From Dehalococcoidia bacterium (GTDB lineage Bacteria > Chloroflexota > Dehalococcoidia > Lucifugimonadales > UBA2985), in NCBI GenBank assembly GCA_015661155.1, contig JACVQK010000001.1, positions 24,261 to 88,260 of the forward strand: 64,000 nucleotides of DNA, written 5' to 3'. Under the pieces are notes generated by a model that worked only from the letters and a program-made list of their open reading frames with translations, searched no databases and had not been told where the DNA came from. A program made the position numbers and the translations under genes. Each line of letters begins with the position of its first letter. Position 1 is the stretch's first letter. This document shows positions 44,317-53,067 of the stretch, piece by piece.

Positions 44317-44401
44317 CCGCTCACCCTGAGCGCAGCCGAAGGACACGAGCGGGTTCCTGAACAGCGCCCCGCTCAAATGGTTCGAGGGCTTGCTTGTTAT
44401 T
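44317..44401 (-). repeat. ~85-bp inverted repeat, right copy
   Basis: CCGCTCACCCTGAGCGCAGCCGAAGGACACGAGCGGGTTCCTGAACAGCGCCCCGCTCAAATGGTTCGAGGGCTTGCTTGTTATT. Confidence 0.9.
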
Positions 44402-45094
44402 GTACATGCTAGTCCGCAAGGCGTCAGGGTTATCTTGGATTCCTTGCCACATGCAGGAACTATCAATATCGTCATGATTTCACAAACGTCAGGATCGATT
44501 CCTGGGCCAAGCGTTTACTCAAGGGTGAGGTATTTGACACGTAGATCGGTGGTGGTAAGTGGCGCATCGTATCCAGTGTTTGCCGGATCGGTTTGCCCAC
44601 AATTGAAAGTCCAATCGATGTGGCGAGAAGCTTTGACCTGCCCCCCGGAAACCGGTCCGGGTGAATTGCTAGACTCTGGACCAATGGTGCTCACTCTAAC
44701 TCATTCCATTGGTACAATGATCCGGGGCAGGTCAACTCAGCACTTCCCATGCGGGCGAAAGTGTGTTGAACGATTGGGAGTGGACTGCAAAGCGTTGACA
44801 AAAGGCTCTGTGCAAATCTATACCCGCTTGTGTTTGAAGGAGGCCAAGGCACTTGGTAGCGGTCATAGGCACATCAGCCTGAAGCATCTGCTCAGGCGGT
44901 CAGGCTCAGCCTTGGCCGGGCCGCTCCTCATCGCTGGCGCGTGGGCATAGCCTTCCTGGAATGAAATCACCACGTTTGGATCTTCGGAGTCTTCCATAAG
45001 TAGCCTGTTGGCAAAAACTGAATAGATGCGGGACGGGTCACATCCATGTGGCGAACTCGCGTTTAGAATCCTAAGCAGTTTCAGGAGGAGCACA

Positions 45095-46684
45095 GTGAAG
45101 TCGTTTGTTTGTCATAGTCGTATCGTGGTCCTGTTGGCTCTTATGGCCATAGTAGGGGCGCTTGTCCCAGGCTTGGCCCTGGCAGATGGGCCTGTACCAG
45201 GCACTGACGCCGACAACGTCGGGCCATCGGACGTGTTCTTCGGGTCGCTATTGCCGGTGGTGACCGAAACAGGTTACGTAAGCCTCTCTGTGGACGGAGA
45301 AGGCACTACAGGCAGTTCAGCCACTGTCCAGGTCCAGAAGCCTAGCGGCGCTACGGTAAGGGTGGCATATCTTGCCGCTGCCAGCACCGGATTTAGTGGC
45401 TACAACATACCCTCCTCCAGTATTTCGGTAAATGGCTCTCCGATTCCTTCGTGGGCATTCACGACTCCCAGCAGTATCAGTTCCTGGAATCACTGGGCCA
45501 ATGTGACCTCACTAGTTAAATCCACAATAGACGCCGCCCCAGCAGGAACTGTCAACATAACCATAGGCGAAGGCAGCTCCAGCAGTATCGACGGCACAAT
45601 TCTCGCAGTCATATTCGACGACCCTAACCAGGCGGTCAGCAACACAATAGTGCTTCTCTTCGGGGCACAGAATATCAATGGCGACACATTTAACATAGGT
45701 CTGGGAGAACCTCTGGACAAGAGTGACCCTAACCTGATTCTCAATATGTCTCTGGGTATATCCTTTGGTCATCAACCTTCCAGCCAGTACAGCTTGGTCA
45801 ATGTCAACGGCACCAGAATGACCACTTCGGCTGGCGGTGAAGATGATGGTCAGGTTGCGAACGGCGCGCTGCTGACTGTTGGCGGTGTCGGCGACACCAA
45901 CACTAACCCTGCAAACCCTTATGCCACGGGTTCAATGGGGATCCGTTATGACGACGAGCTCTATAACCTGCTTCCCCTCGTAAACACAGGAGACAGCTCC
46001 ATAACGGTCTATTCTCAGAATCCATCCAACGACGACAATATCTTTTTCTCCGCCCTGTTCCTGGCCTCCGCTGCCGCGGTTGTGGACGAAGGCGCTATTT
46101 TGACGCCATCTGCCGCCACGAATCCGGTTGGCACTTCACATACCGTAACTGTCAAAATACAGGACGACAATGGCAACCCTGTAGCTAACAGAAGCGTGAC
46201 ATTCAGCATAGTTTCAGGGCCAAATGCAGGTAATAGCTTTACCGCTACTACAAACGCAAGTGGTCAGGCCATCTACACATACACTGGCAATACGGCGGGT
46301 TCTGACCACATCGTGGCCGCATTCGTGGATTCCCACGGGCAGACTAGGCAGTCCAACGGGGCAGTTAAGACATGGGTTGTAACTAATACACCTCCCGCGG
46401 TTACGGCGGACAGCCCAAGCGTCGCTACGAACGAAGGAACGGCTGCAAGCAACACGGGCACGTACAGCGATTCAGATGCCGGAGACAACGTTAGTATCAC
46501 GGCCAGCGTGGAGGCCGTGACCAAGACAGGCACTAACAGCGGAACCTGGAGTTGGACCAACAGTGCACCGGATGGCCCTGCTGACTACGACGTGACTATC
46601 ACAGCAAATGACGGCACCGCGCCTCCCGTGAGCGTTACGTTCCATGTACACGTCAACAACGTGGCGCCGACTATTAGGCGCTGA
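45095..46684 (+). CDS. PKD-repeat surface protein, fragment 1/5 (signal peptide, unknown domain, Big/Ig-like domain)
   Basis: GTG at 45095 after AGGAGGAG. Signal peptide VKSFVCHSRIVVLLALMAIVGALVPGLALA. ..AILTPSAATNPVGTSHTVTVKIQDDNGNPVANRSVTFSIVSGPNAG is Ig-like. Low GC. The frame is lost at ~46675. Confidence 0.7.
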   Translation: MKSFVCHSRIVVLLALMAIVGALVPGLALADGPVPGTDADNVGPSDVFFGSLLPVVTETGYVSLSVDGEGTTGSSATVQVQKPSGATVRVAYLAAASTGFSGYNIPSSSISVNGSPIPSWAFTTPSSISSWNHWANVTSLVKSTIDAAPAGTVNITIGEGSSSSIDGTILAVIFDDPNQAVSNTIVLLFGAQNINGDTFNIGLGEPLDKSDPNLILNMSLGISFGHQPSSQYSLVNVNGTRMTTSAGGEDDGQVANGALLTVGGVGDTNTNPANPYATGSMGIRYDDELYNLLPLVNTGDSSITVYSQNPSNDDNIFFSALFLASAAAVVDEGAILTPSAATNPVGTSHTVTVKIQDDNGNPVANRSVTFSIVSGPNAGNSFTATTNASGQAIYTYTGNTAGSDHIVAAFVDSHGQTRQSNGAVKTWVVTNTPPAVTADSPSVATNEGTAASNTGTYSDSDAGDNVSITASVEAVTKTGTNSGTWSWTNSAPDGPADYDVTITANDGTAPPVSVTFHVHVNNVAPTIRR

Positions 46685-46695
46685 ATGGGAATCTA

Positions 46696-47286
46696 GTGGC
46701 GCAAGCCACTGACCCGGCGGGTTCCAATGACCCGTTGACCTTCCAATTCGATTGCGACAACAATGGCTCCTATGAGACGCCAGCCTATCCGAACACCTCG
46801 AGTGCCGACTGCTCTTTCGACGACAACGGCAGCTACACCGTGGGCGTACAGGTGTCAGATGGAGACGGTGGTGTGGCTACAGGTTCCATAACGGTGGTCG
46901 TGCTCAACGTTCCGCCGACGGCGTTCCTGCCCAATCCTGCACCGGTCAACGAGGGCTCTCCTGCGACGCTCACCTTTGAGAATCAGGGCGACCCCTCTGG
47001 CGCCGACCACAGCGCGGGCTTCCACTACTCTTTCGCATGCGATGGGCTGGACGCATCCCTTGCCACATCCTATGCTGCATCCGGTGCCTCGGCCAGCGCA
47101 AATTGCACCTATTTCGACAACGGCCTGTACACAGTGAAGGGCCGTATCTTCGACAAGGACGAGGGTAATAACACCTACGCCGCCACCGTCACCGTGAACA
47201 ACGTGGCGCCGGTGGTCAACGCCGGTGCAGACCAAGCGGTAAACGAGGGACCGACCCTGGTGCCGACACCTGGACGGGCACCGTGA
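46696..47286 (+). CDS. PKD-repeat surface protein, fragment 2/5
   Basis: PKD-type repeats (FQFDCDNNGSYE..DNGSYTVGVQVSDGDGGVATGSITVVVLNVPP; CTYFDNGLYTVKGRIFDKDEGNNTYAATVTVNNVAP). Confidence 0.6.
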   Translation: MAQATDPAGSNDPLTFQFDCDNNGSYETPAYPNTSSADCSFDDNGSYTVGVQVSDGDGGVATGSITVVVLNVPPTAFLPNPAPVNEGSPATLTFENQGDPSGADHSAGFHYSFACDGLDASLATSYAASGASASANCTYFDNGLYTVKGRIFDKDEGNNTYAATVTVNNVAPVVNAGADQAVNEGPTLVPTPGRAP

Positions 47287-47633
47287 ACTACGGCGACGGG
47301 TCAGGCAACCAGGCGCTTAGTCTCACGGGCAAGACCTTTAACCTGAGCCACGTGTACGCCGACAATGGGACGTACACCGTGACCGTGACTGTCACCGACG
47401 ATGATGGTGGGTCAGGTTTCGACACCCTTACCGTCACCGTGAACAACGTGGCGCCGGTGGTCAACGCCGGTGCAGACCAAGCGGTAAACGAGGTATCACC
47501 TGGGGTGACGGCACTACCACTGAGGCAGGGGTTGTCGCACAAGCCCCATTCGGACCTCCGGGCAGCACGGCGGGCGCCGACGGGACCGTGGCAGGGAGCC
47601 ACGTGTACGCTGACAATGGGACGTACACCGTGA
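47283..47633 (+). CDS. PKD-repeat surface protein, fragment 3/5
   Basis: VNYGDGSGNQALSLTGKTFNLSHVYADNGTYTVTVTVTDDDGGSGFDTLTVTVNNVAPVVNAGADQAVNE; the frame is then lost. Confidence 0.55.
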   Translation: MNYGDGSGNQALSLTGKTFNLSHVYADNGTYTVTVTVTDDDGGSGFDTLTVTVNNVAPVVNAGADQAVNEVSPGVTALPLRQGLSHKPHSDLRAARRAPTGPWQGATCTLTMGRTP

Positions 47634-48034
47634 CCGTGACTGTCACCGACGATGATGGTGGGTCAGGTTTCGACACCCTTACCGTCACCGTAAACAACGT
47701 GGCTCCCGTGGCCACAGCCACCGGCAGCATCATCAACGAGAACGGCACAGCCACGGTAAGCGGCACCATCGCCGACCCCGGTACCCCGGACACCTTCACA
47801 GTGGTCATAGACTGGGGCGAAGGTGTGCCCCAGAGCTACGCCTACTCTGCGGGGAGCATTACGTACAGTGAAACCCACCAGTACCTGGACGACAACCCGA
47901 CGGGGACAGGCTCAGACGTGTACGCCATAAGCGTGACAGTTACAGACGATGACAATGGCGTGGGTACGGCCTCGACCAGCGTCACCGTAAACAACGTGGC
48001 GCTGTGGTTAACGCCGGCGCAGACCAGACGCTGA
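47588..48034 (+). CDS. PKD-repeat surface protein, fragment 4/5
   Basis: SHVYADNGTYTVTVTVTDDDGGSGFDTLTVTVNNVAPVATATGSII..TFTVVIDWGEG..THQYLDDNPTGTGSDVYAISVTVTDDDNGVG. Confidence 0.55.
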   Translation: MAGSHVYADNGTYTVTVTVTDDDGGSGFDTLTVTVNNVAPVATATGSIINENGTATVSGTIADPGTPDTFTVVIDWGEGVPQSYAYSAGSITYSETHQYLDDNPTGTGSDVYAISVTVTDDDNGVGTASTSVTVNNVALWLTPAQTRR

Positions 48035-48615
48035 CCTTCGGCAGCCCGGTCAGCATTAGTGCCACATTCACGGATCCGGGTACCCTGGACACCTGGACAT
48101 ACACCCTAAACTGGGGCGATGGCACACCGTTGCAGAGCGGTTCTGCTACTCTGTCAGCGCCTATTACAGGCACGCACCAGTATCTAGTGCCAGGTAACCA
48201 GACCACCACCGTCTGTGTAACAGACGACGACTTGGGTAAGCATTGCGACAGCGTCGCCATCACCTTCGTTAGCACCAAGGGTAAGATAACTGGCGGGACC
48301 CTGCGCTTTGGAAACAACGGGCGCGGCGGCTTCAATGTCCAGTCTGTCGATGGAATAACCGTTCAGGGTAACTTGCAGTACCAGAACGGCTCTGAAAACC
48401 TTCATGCGCCCACAATGACTGCCATAGCAGTGTCGCCTGACCTCACCAAGGGTTGGTTCTCTGGCGTGCTGAAAGACGGGCGCGTCTTTGTGGCCTACGT
48501 AGAAGACAATGGCGAGCCTGGCAAGAACGACATATACAAGCTGTGGATAAACGGCGTGCTTCAGAACGGTGACGGGAAGCTAACTGGAGGCAACATCCAG
48601 ATTCACAAGAGCTAA
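48004..48615 (+). CDS. PKD-repeat surface protein, fragment 5/5 (last PKD repeat and C-terminal domain)
   Basis: VNAGADQTLTFGSPVSISATFTDPGTLDTWTYTLNWGDGTP..GTHQYLVPGNQTTTVCVTDDDLGKHC, then a C-terminal beta-rich domain. Confidence 0.6.
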   Translation: MVNAGADQTLTFGSPVSISATFTDPGTLDTWTYTLNWGDGTPLQSGSATLSAPITGTHQYLVPGNQTTTVCVTDDDLGKHCDSVAITFVSTKGKITGGTLRFGNNGRGGFNVQSVDGITVQGNLQYQNGSENLHAPTMTAIAVSPDLTKGWFSGVLKDGRVFVAYVEDNGEPGKNDIYKLWINGVLQNGDGKLTGGNIQIHKS

Positions 48616-48639
48616 CACGTCGCCAGCCAAGCAAACGAT

Positions 48640-48669
48640 AAGAGGCCCGGTCGAAGGATCGGGCCTCTT
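48640..48669 (+). terminator. stem-loop downstream of the surface-protein gene
   Basis: AAGAGGCCCG-GTCGAAGGAT-CGGGCCTCTT, a perfect 10-bp stem. No clear U-tract. Confidence 0.5.
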
Positions 48670-48857
48670 GGCTTGAGGTGGTTCCCGACTTATTGACAGA
48701 TAACTAAGAGTGGGGTGTCGGGGCTTGCTCTTGGAATCACAGAGTAACTCTGCTGGAACAACTGCGACTAAGGCTAGGGTCTTGTCACGAATCTTTGTTT
48801 GTAGGAAGAACGTCCCTTTTCGTCTGGTGTAGTCTGCATGGTCAGTGGCCCATAGCC

Positions 48858-48983
48858 CCTCTCATCCTGAGCCGAGTTTACCATGAGCTTGTCGAAGGGC
48901 ATGAGTGGCAAGATGCATCGGTTCTTTACCCCGTTCATATGGTTCGACAGGTTTACCATGAGCGGGGTCGATCCTGAACCCTC
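48858..48983. repeat. CTCACCCTGAGC/GTCGAAGGG-type repeat fragments
   Basis: ..CTCATCCTGAGCCGAGTTTACCATGAGCTTGTCGAAGGGCATGAGTGGC..GGTTCGACAGGTTTACCATGAGCGGGGTCGATCCTGAACCC. Related pieces lie at 54258-54292 and 63197-63246. Confidence 0.7.
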
Positions 48984-49064
48984 AAATAGCCGAAAGGCCC
49001 TGACGGGGACAGCGTACCAGGGGATAGTCAACAGAGTCCCAAAGCAGGTAGAATGGCATGTGAA

Positions 49065-49475
49065 ATGCTGTACATAGACCAGAAGTACGCCCGGGAGATG
49101 GTGGCCCACGCCCTGGAGGATGACCCCAACGAGTGTTGCGGCATCCTCGCAGGCAAGAAGGGGCGGGTGCAGAAGCTCTACCGAATGGCCAACGTGGAGG
49201 CGAGTCCCTATCGCTATCGGATGGACCCGCAGGAGCTTCTCAAGGTGTATCTGGAGATCGACAATAGCGGTTGGGACATCGTGGCTTTCTACCACTCCCA
49301 CACCCACTCCGAGGCGTACCCCTCGGCCACGGACCTGCGCCTTGCCACCTGGCCCGAGGTCCGGTACGTGCTCATCTCCCTGTTGGACAAAGAGAACCCC
49401 CCCATAAGGGCCTTCCATATAGAGAATGGCAACATCATTGAAGAAGAGCTGGAAATCGGGGGAGCCGGGCGATGA
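49065..49475 (+). CDS. JAB/MPN (JAMM) metalloprotease domain protein
   Basis: ECCGIL..(E), FYHSHTHSEAYPSATD (HxHx7Sx2D JAMM motif). Start at 49065 or 49053. Confidence 0.85.
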   Translation: MLYIDQKYAREMVAHALEDDPNECCGILAGKKGRVQKLYRMANVEASPYRYRMDPQELLKVYLEIDNSGWDIVAFYHSHTHSEAYPSATDLRLATWPEVRYVLISLLDKENPPIRAFHIENGNIIEEELEIGGAGR

Positions 49476-49521
49476 CCCCTACCGCCTCCATGTCCCCAGT
49501 CCCTAACCAGGAGATAACCCT

Positions 49522-50826
49522 TTGAGCTTCGCGAACTCTTTCCTCTTTCCCAACACCGCGGAGGCGAGCGGCCAGGGACACCTGGTCCTGGGCGGCTGCG
49601 ACGTCACCCACCTGGCGGCGGAGTTCGGCACGCCCCTGTACGTCTACGACGAGGCCACCCTCCGGGACAGGTGCCGGGAGTTCCTGGGAGAGTTCCAGAG
49701 GCGCTATCCCAAGAGCGCCGTCATCTACGCCTGCAAGGCCTTCATCAACACCTCCCTGGCCCGCCTGTTCCGGGAGGAGGGCCTGGGGCTGGACGTGGTA
49801 TCGGGAGGAGAGCTGGCGGTGGCCCAGCGGGTGGCCTTCCCCCCCGAAAGAATCTATTTCCACGGCAACAACAAGAGCCGGGAAGAGCTGGAGATGGCCC
49901 TGGACTGTCGTATCGGGCGCGTGGTGGTGGACAACTTCCACGAGCTCGCTCTACTGGGTAGGCTGGCGTCTCACCGGGGTGTGGTTCAGGACGTTCTCAT
50001 AAGAGTCTCGCCGGGGATAGACCCCCACACCCACGCCTACACCACCACCGGAGTGCTGGACAGCAAGTTCGGTTTTCCCATCCAGACGGGGCAGGCGAAA
50101 GAGGCCGTGGGAAAGGCGATGAGGGAGCGAGGCGTGAGGGTGGTAGGGCTGCACTTCCATCTCGGCTCCCCCATCTTCGAGATGGAGCCTTTCGCCAGGG
50201 CCATGGAGCTGACCCTGGACTTCGCCTCCCAGGAGGGCCTGCCGCTGCGGGAGATAAGCCCCGGCGGAGGCTTCGCCATAGCCTACACCCGGGACCAGAG
50301 GCCACCCTCCGTGGGCGAGTACGCCCAGGCCATCACTGCTTCCCTGGAGTCCCGGTGCCGTGCCCTGGGGCTTGAGCCTCCCCTCCTGGTCATCGAGCCG
50401 GGAAGGGCCATCGTCGGCCCCGCGGGGGTAGCCCTCTACAGAGTGGGAGCCTCCAAAGACATCCCCGGGGTCAGGAGATACGTCGCTGTGGATGGAGGCA
50501 TGGGAGACAACATCCGACCCGCCCTCTACGGATCCCAGTACGAGGCGGTGGTGGCCAACAAGATGGGCGTTGAGGAGGGGGAACGCGTAACCATCGCCGG
50601 GAGGTTCTGCGAGTCGGGGGACGTGCTCTTGCGGGATGTGACCCTTCCCAGGCTGGAGGCAGGAGACCTCCTGGCTATTCCCGCCGCAGGGGCCTATGCT
50701 CCGGCCATGGCCAGCAACTACAACCTCGCCCCAAGGCCGGCCATAGTCATGGTGGCTGACGGCCAGGCCAGGCTCATACGACGGCGAGAGACCTACCAAG
50801 ACCTGATGAGCAACGACCTGCTCTAA
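49522..50826 (+). CDS. lysA: diaminopimelate decarboxylase
   Basis: 434 aa. GTPLYVYDE, ..YACKAF.. (PLP Lys), ISPGGGFAI, CESGD. TTG start with GGAG RBS. Confidence 0.95.
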   Translation: MSFANSFLFPNTAEASGQGHLVLGGCDVTHLAAEFGTPLYVYDEATLRDRCREFLGEFQRRYPKSAVIYACKAFINTSLARLFREEGLGLDVVSGGELAVAQRVAFPPERIYFHGNNKSREELEMALDCRIGRVVVDNFHELALLGRLASHRGVVQDVLIRVSPGIDPHTHAYTTTGVLDSKFGFPIQTGQAKEAVGKAMRERGVRVVGLHFHLGSPIFEMEPFARAMELTLDFASQEGLPLREISPGGGFAIAYTRDQRPPSVGEYAQAITASLESRCRALGLEPPLLVIEPGRAIVGPAGVALYRVGASKDIPGVRRYVAVDGGMGDNIRPALYGSQYEAVVANKMGVEEGERVTIAGRFCESGDVLLRDVTLPRLEAGDLLAIPAAGAYAPAMASNYNLAPRPAIVMVADGQARLIRRRETYQDLMSNDLL

Positions 50827-50842
50827 CGGAGGGAGCATTACC

Positions 50843-51859
50843 ATGTGGCAAGTGGTGGGGCATGAAGCGGCCATCACCCTGCTGTCCCGAAGCCTGGAGA
50901 GGGACATGCTCTCCCATGCCTATATTTTCGTGGGGCCGCCCCAGGTGGGCAAGATGACCCTGGCTCTGGCTCTGGCCCAGGGGGTGAACTGCCTTGCATC
51001 CCCGGCTTCCAGGCCCTGTGGCGAGTGCAGCCAGTGCCGCCGCATAGCCCAGGGGCGTCATCCCGACGTGCAGGTGGTGGACCTGGAGGTGAGCGCGTCC
51101 AGGGCCACCCTTAAAAAGGAGATAGGCATTGACCAGGTGAGAGAGGTGCAGCACTGGGCTATCCTGAAGCCCTACGAAGGGAGATGCCGGGTGATCGTAT
51201 TCCGGGAGGCGGCGCATCTGAGCTCGGATGCCTCCAATGCCCTGCTCAAGCTCCTGGAGGAGCCTCCTGAGTCGGTGCTGTTCATACTGCTGACCATAAG
51301 AGTGGAGTCCATCCTCCCCACCGTTCTCTCTCGCTGCCAGAGGGTTGACCTCAACCCCCTTTCCCTGAATACTGTAGCCAGGGAGTTGCTCTCGACCCGG
51401 GGCATCCCCCCCCAGGAGGCCATGGAGCTGGCCCGGCTCTCTGGAGGAAGGATAGGATGGGCCCTTGAGGCTGCCGGGAACCCCCAGGTCTTGATCGATT
51501 ACACCAGAGAGGTGGGGCGCGTGGCATCTCTTGTGGAGGACGGGCTGGAGGAGAGGTTCGCCTATGCTGCGGAGCTAGCGACCCTTTTCCCCCGGGACCG
51601 CGAGAAGGCTCTGGGGTCTCTGAAGACGGCTCTAAGCTGGTGGCGAGACCTGCTGCTGGTGAAGAAGGGGGGAGAGGAGTTGGTATCCAATGTGTCGGCG
51701 AGGGAAGCTCTGCACCGCTGCTCCCAGTGGGTCTCCACTCCCCAGGTGGTGGAGGCCATAAAAAGGACCCAGGACACCATGGATTGCCTGGAGGCCAACG
51801 TCAATCCCAGTTTAGCTCTGGAGGTCTTGATGCTTTCCCTACCCCGAAGGGACGGGTAG
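50843..51859 (+). CDS. holB: DNA polymerase III subunit delta'
   Basis: SHAYIFVGPPQVGKMTLALALAQGVNC..PCGECSQCRRIAQGRHPDV..NALLKLLEEPP. Confidence 0.9.
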   Translation: MWQVVGHEAAITLLSRSLERDMLSHAYIFVGPPQVGKMTLALALAQGVNCLASPASRPCGECSQCRRIAQGRHPDVQVVDLEVSASRATLKKEIGIDQVREVQHWAILKPYEGRCRVIVFREAAHLSSDASNALLKLLEEPPESVLFILLTIRVESILPTVLSRCQRVDLNPLSLNTVARELLSTRGIPPQEAMELARLSGGRIGWALEAAGNPQVLIDYTREVGRVASLVEDGLEERFAYAAELATLFPRDREKALGSLKTALSWWRDLLLVKKGGEELVSNVSAREALHRCSQWVSTPQVVEAIKRTQDTMDCLEANVNPSLALEVLMLSLPRRDG

Positions 51860-51865
51860 GAGAGT

Positions 51866-52118
51866 CCGTACCGAACAGGTTGATGAAAAAGGAGGAGTGC
51901 AGAGGGGAGGGCTCCCATCCAGTGGATGGGAATCCCTTTGCCGAGGGTCTGGGGGTGTTCCCCAGACTGGGCTTGGCCCAGACCCACATCTTACGAATCG
52001 TAGAACATGGTCAGACCAGCACAGCAATAGTTGAGTATGGGTGCAGGGCACGTCCTGCCCCTTCCTGGCTAGGAAGGGGGACAGGAGGATGGTCGAAAGG
52101 GTTTTGAGAGCACCCTGT
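51866..52118. repeat. composite intergenic repeat (left arm B, core, inner module 1, right arm type 1)
   Basis: GATGAAAAAGGAGGAGTGCAGAGGGG..GAGGGTCTGGGGGTGTTCCCCAGA-CTGGGCTTGGCCCAGACCCACATCTTACGAATCGTAGAACATGGTCAGACCAG..GAGTATGGGTGCAGGGCACGTCCTGC-CCCTTCCTGGCTAGGAAGGGGG..GGATGGTCGAAAGGGTTTT. Confidence 0.9.
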
Positions 52119-52146
52119 TAACCACGGCAACGGAAAGGTGGCACAT

Positions 52147-52953
52147 ATGTCAAGGGTGGTAGGCGTTAGATTCCAGCGGGCAGGGAGAGTGCAGTACTTC
52201 GATCCCGGGGATGTGGAGATAAAGGTAAACGACCAGGTGGTGGTGGAGACAGACAAGGGGTTGGAGATTGCCCTGGTGGTCATAGCCCCGAGCCAGGTGG
52301 TGTACAGCGAGATCAAGGAGCCCCTCAAACCCATTACGAGGAAGGCTACCCAGGGGGATGTGCACCGGGGGGGAGAGTTGAAGGCCAGAGCCAGTGAGGC
52401 TTTGGTCTTGGCTAAAGAGCAAGCCAGCGCTTTGAATCTCCCCATGAAGTTCACGGACGCGGGGTATACCCTGGACGGAGGGCGACTGGTGATCCAGTTC
52501 ACCGCCGATGGAAGGGTTGACTTTCGCGCCCTTCTCTATCAGCTGGTGCAGAGATACAGGGTAAAGGTGGAGCTACGGCAAATAGGGCCAAGGGACGAGG
52601 CCAAGGCCCTGGGCGGGCTGGGTAGGTGTGGCCAGGTCCTTTGCTGCGCCCGATGGCTAACGGAGTTCTGCCCCATAACGGTGAAGATGGCCAAGGAGCA
52701 GGCCCTGCCCATCAGCGCGGAGAACCTGGCGGGCAACTGTGGCCGCCTGCGGTGCTGTCTAAGGTACGAGTACGAAGAGTACGTGAAAATGAACAGGGAG
52801 CTACCCAGAATTGGGGAGTGGGTCATGAGCCCCTACGGAAGGGCCAGGGTTGTTGTTGGGCATCCCCTGAAGAGCGCCGTCTCCATCCTCCTGGAGAGCC
52901 AGGCCACCGTAGAGATTCCGGTGTCCCAGGTCACCCGCCTGAGCCGCAACTGA
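52147..52953 (+). CDS. PSP1 domain protein (RicT/YaaT-like)
   Basis: VVGVRFQRAGRVQYFDPGD..GRCGQVLCCARWLTEF..GNCGRLRCCLRYE. Follows holB as in many genomes. Confidence 0.9.
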   Translation: MSRVVGVRFQRAGRVQYFDPGDVEIKVNDQVVVETDKGLEIALVVIAPSQVVYSEIKEPLKPITRKATQGDVHRGGELKARASEALVLAKEQASALNLPMKFTDAGYTLDGGRLVIQFTADGRVDFRALLYQLVQRYRVKVELRQIGPRDEAKALGGLGRCGQVLCCARWLTEFCPITVKMAKEQALPISAENLAGNCGRLRCCLRYEYEEYVKMNRELPRIGEWVMSPYGRARVVVGHPLKSAVSILLESQATVEIPVSQVTRLSRN

Positions 52954-53067
52954 GCTGACACGATCTGGTGGGGTGGTGGACGCCTCCCCAGATTCCTTGC
53001 TGGCGCTCAGAATCTCCCATGCCGAGGGGCATCGGCATCACGAAGGATGAAAATAGCTCTGCCTAAC

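Noticed and set aside
44402-45094. ORFs in the AT-richer spacer before the PKD gene (44390..44950 plus strand; 44472..44684 and 44863..45093 minus strand).
   Set aside because: No RBS, no recognisable motifs, and mutually overlapping frames. Possibly decayed remnants of a regulator, but unsupported.
47185-47703. Near-identical 64-bp and 105-bp repeats in the PKD gene as a diversity-generating retroelement template/variable repeat pair.
   Set aside because: No reverse transcriptase or accessory gene is nearby. The two mismatches (C/T, G/A) do not show an adenine-specific pattern. The repeats are in-gene tandem domain duplications.
49020-49065. TCAACA-N15-TAGAAT ending about 10 nt before the ATG at 49065, suggesting a leaderless JAMM mRNA.
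   Set aside because: Plausible but based on a single weak promoter-like match, and it cannot be distinguished from chance without transcription start mapping.
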